Of a stretch of DNA of 64,000 bases, positions 63,201 through 64,000 are shown piece after piece. This DNA comes from Bacteroidota bacterium. GTDB lineage: Bacteria; Bacteroidota; Bacteroidia; Bacteroidales; JAHJDW01. Within the stretch, counting starts at the first letter, position 1. Each line of letters begins with the position of its first letter. The notes beneath the pieces are model-generated. The model was given only the letters and a program-made list of their open reading frames with translations, was not told where the DNA came from and ran no database searches. Position numbers and translations under genes: made by a program. Location of the stretch: NCBI GenBank assembly GCA_043800975.1, contig JAZDMK010000006.1, forward strand, positions 4,678-68,677. The letters run 5' to 3'.

Positions 63201-64000
63201 TCACTGGAACTTTTATCGATTTCAAATAAATCACCGGCATAGCAGGAATTAGCCAGTATAAAAGGATATTTTCCGTTATAGTTTTCATAAAGCTCGGGAT
63301 CATTCGTACTCTGATCAAATCCATATCCGGCGGCATGACCGAAAAATGTCATAATGGCAACTCCGTTGTTGATCATTGCCTGAAGAGAATCAGAAGTATT
63401 GGTCTGAATGGGTTCTGTAGAAGATTTTAAAAAGGTGGTTACATTCCCGCCGAAGTAAGGAGCACGAACAGTATCTTCAAAAATTTGCAATAATGCTTCA
63501 AGAACATCTTGCTCTGCTTCACTTGTCCCTCCACCGAAATGAAGTACTTCTTTCATCCATGCTTCTGGTGTTAACTGTGCATTTTCATATTTTTTTACTT
63601 TATCCAGATACAACCATACATCATAAGGTATTTTTGCACTGAGCCTTCCTGTAGGGATAGCGGGTTTAAAGAGAACGTCATCCAGTTTGTTTGTAAAAAG
63701 AATATCGGAAGGCGGATTGCCGTATGAAGGAACCAGCGTGCCTGCGTAGTAGGTAGGGTTTTTGCGAAAGACTTCCGGCTTGTATGATTTCCCGATCAGG
63801 AAAATATCTTTTGGAATGCTGTCGAATTGTTCAGTTGCATATTTACAAAACTTTCGAATGGATAGAGGATGCTTGCGAATGCCATAACCAAACTGATCGT
63901 ATAATTCATCCACATCAGCAAGAAGTACATTATAACTCCCGCCCAGCGAGCTTTCGCGATAAAATTCATATTGTTCAGCTTCATCTTTAAGACTGCTGTG
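60206..64000 (-). CDS. C25 (gingipain-like) cysteine peptidase with T9SS-type C-terminal beta-sandwich; 5' end outside window
   Basis: Frame stays open from 63913 to the window end (..SLGGSYNVLLADVDELYDQF..); FFGHAAG / ILANSCYAG His-Cys dyad context; C-terminus NWPNPF..FVFTL..IQIFTITGKVV..GIYLYRVV. Confidence 0.75.
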   Translation of the reverse strand, partial: HSSLKDEAEQYEFYRESSLGGSYNVLLADVDELYDQFGYGIRKHPLSIRKFCKYATEQFDSIPKDIFLIGKSYKPEVFRKNPTYYAGTLVPSYGNPPSDILFTNKLDDVLFKPAIPTGRLSAKIPYDVWLYLDKVKKYENAQLTPEAWMKEVLHFGGGTSEAEQDVLEALLQIFEDTVRAPYFGGNVTTFLKSSTEPIQTNTSDSLQAMINNGVAIMTFFGHAAGYGFDQSTNDPELYENYNGKYPFILANSCYAGDLFEIDKSSSEHFVIIENKGAIAYLSSISQSLISDLFFYSSNLYDEFSHIHYGKSLGEQIKHTIKTVQTLYPSKKDVCLGMTLHGDPAIKIHNFIKPDYTLSASDVIFDPPFISTERDSFNILVNAHNIGRAINDLYMLTIRRTFPDGTTEMVSKMVNAPLNTTQYFVSFAVNQIRGVGYNSFTITLDAFNNIDELNESNNSVTVGTYIMTADIYPVYPYQYAVIPSSTITLKASTGNPFAAMRSYVFQIDTTDTFNSPFLQSTLISHSGGVVEWTPPFSFTDSTVYYWRVSPDSATGGGYYNWKESSFQYVPTKWGWGQAHFFQFKNDDYTYVKFNRSMRRFDFFNDIKSILMQTGIYPISIQWQEEWMKMNGSLIGLWHCAQDVGNGIRFAVINPVSCQLWNNNVPPDQMIGMYNDAHCTPYSTGIYWFDFFTIQEPSSSLYGSITTSDWHNRIKHFLDTIPTGYYVLAYSHRNINADNFDLNLRNAFASVGSIFIPDISTVKNDKPYLLFGRKGYPGQAHEVLGNTSADVISLNDSITTNWKKGNIVSEIVGPATKWNSLHWKRFSNDPVNVDTIKLSVIGIKQNGSMDTLIHELPVDSGDIYNLYNRIDAQIYTTLKLVAEMTDDSLRTPSQMKRWQVLFEGVPETALDPSLHFTYHNDTLFEGDKVRLSIATHNISTYDMDSLRIIYYVIDASKNTHIVADHRLRPHPAGDILIDSISFSSQYYVGANILWIEVNPFNDQLEQYHFNNIGQLPFFVINDKINPILDVTFDGQHILDGDIVSAKPLIEIRMKDENIFLGPTKDSDTTQFRIYLQAPGESAAHRVYFNIQNNGILEFFPATLPENLCKVEWNALFPVDGTYQLLVQSKDVSQNFSGDYEYKISFEVINKSMITNVLNWPNPFTTRTHFVFTLTGSELPSYFKIQIFTITGKVVREIGLDELGSIRIGRNITDYTWDGTDQWGDRLANGIYLYRVVTNINGQNIERMSTGADQYFTKEFGKMYLMR

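Noticed and set aside
60206-64000. Calling the C25 peptidase porU outright
   Set aside because: The domain build is compatible, but the usual porV partner is not adjacent and the N-terminus is missing. I left it as C25 peptidase with a T9SS-type C-terminal domain.

Overview
This is a 64-kb chromosomal segment that looks like a Bacteroidota genome. Supporting signs are T9SS-type C-terminal sorting domains, CarboxypepD_reg-type outer-membrane proteins, TAnnTTTG -7 promoter boxes with very short leaders, and DUF5686-, DUF4271- and DUF6089-like families. About 85% is ordinary, tightly packed housekeeping DNA: pgk (3' part), two single tRNA-Gln genes, yceD-rpmF-plsX-fabH, proline dehydrogenase, a carboxynorspermidine dehydrogenase/decarboxylase pair, ygiQ and mscL. 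It also holds an outer-membrane biogenesis cluster (Omp85-like, nadK, two DUF6089-like barrels, uppS, bamA, two skp), then pdxJ, a polyprenyl synthase, cdd, ctp, yidD, rnpA, hemD, PrsW and a 5'-truncated giant C25 peptidase. The stand-out is a roughly 7-kb accessory region (about 26.85-34.06 kb) with mosaic base composition. It contains a GC-rich orphan TonB-dependent receptor and a roughly 20% G+C two-gene cassette (a PD-(D/E)XK nuclease domain with an unplaced N-domain, plus a single-pass membrane protein). It also contains a GC-rich 248-aa protein with an internal duplication and a DUF559 endonuclease. Every junction in this region is filled with reusable GC-rich palindromic repeat modules, including a 72-bp tandem duplication. 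The region ends in sixteen exactly phased 21-bp direct repeats plus four ~10-bp-spaced ATCTGTG boxes. No integrase, transposase, cas gene, reverse transcriptase or rRNA is visible. My best candidate for an undescribed system is the nuclease/membrane-protein cassette, with the 21-bp array as the most unusual non-coding signal. A recurring motif is short tandem 7-10-mers paired with their inverted complement. One such pair encloses a four-helix-bundle (23S IVS-type) ORF inserted inside the polyamine operon. All family assignments come from motif recognition by eye, with no database search.
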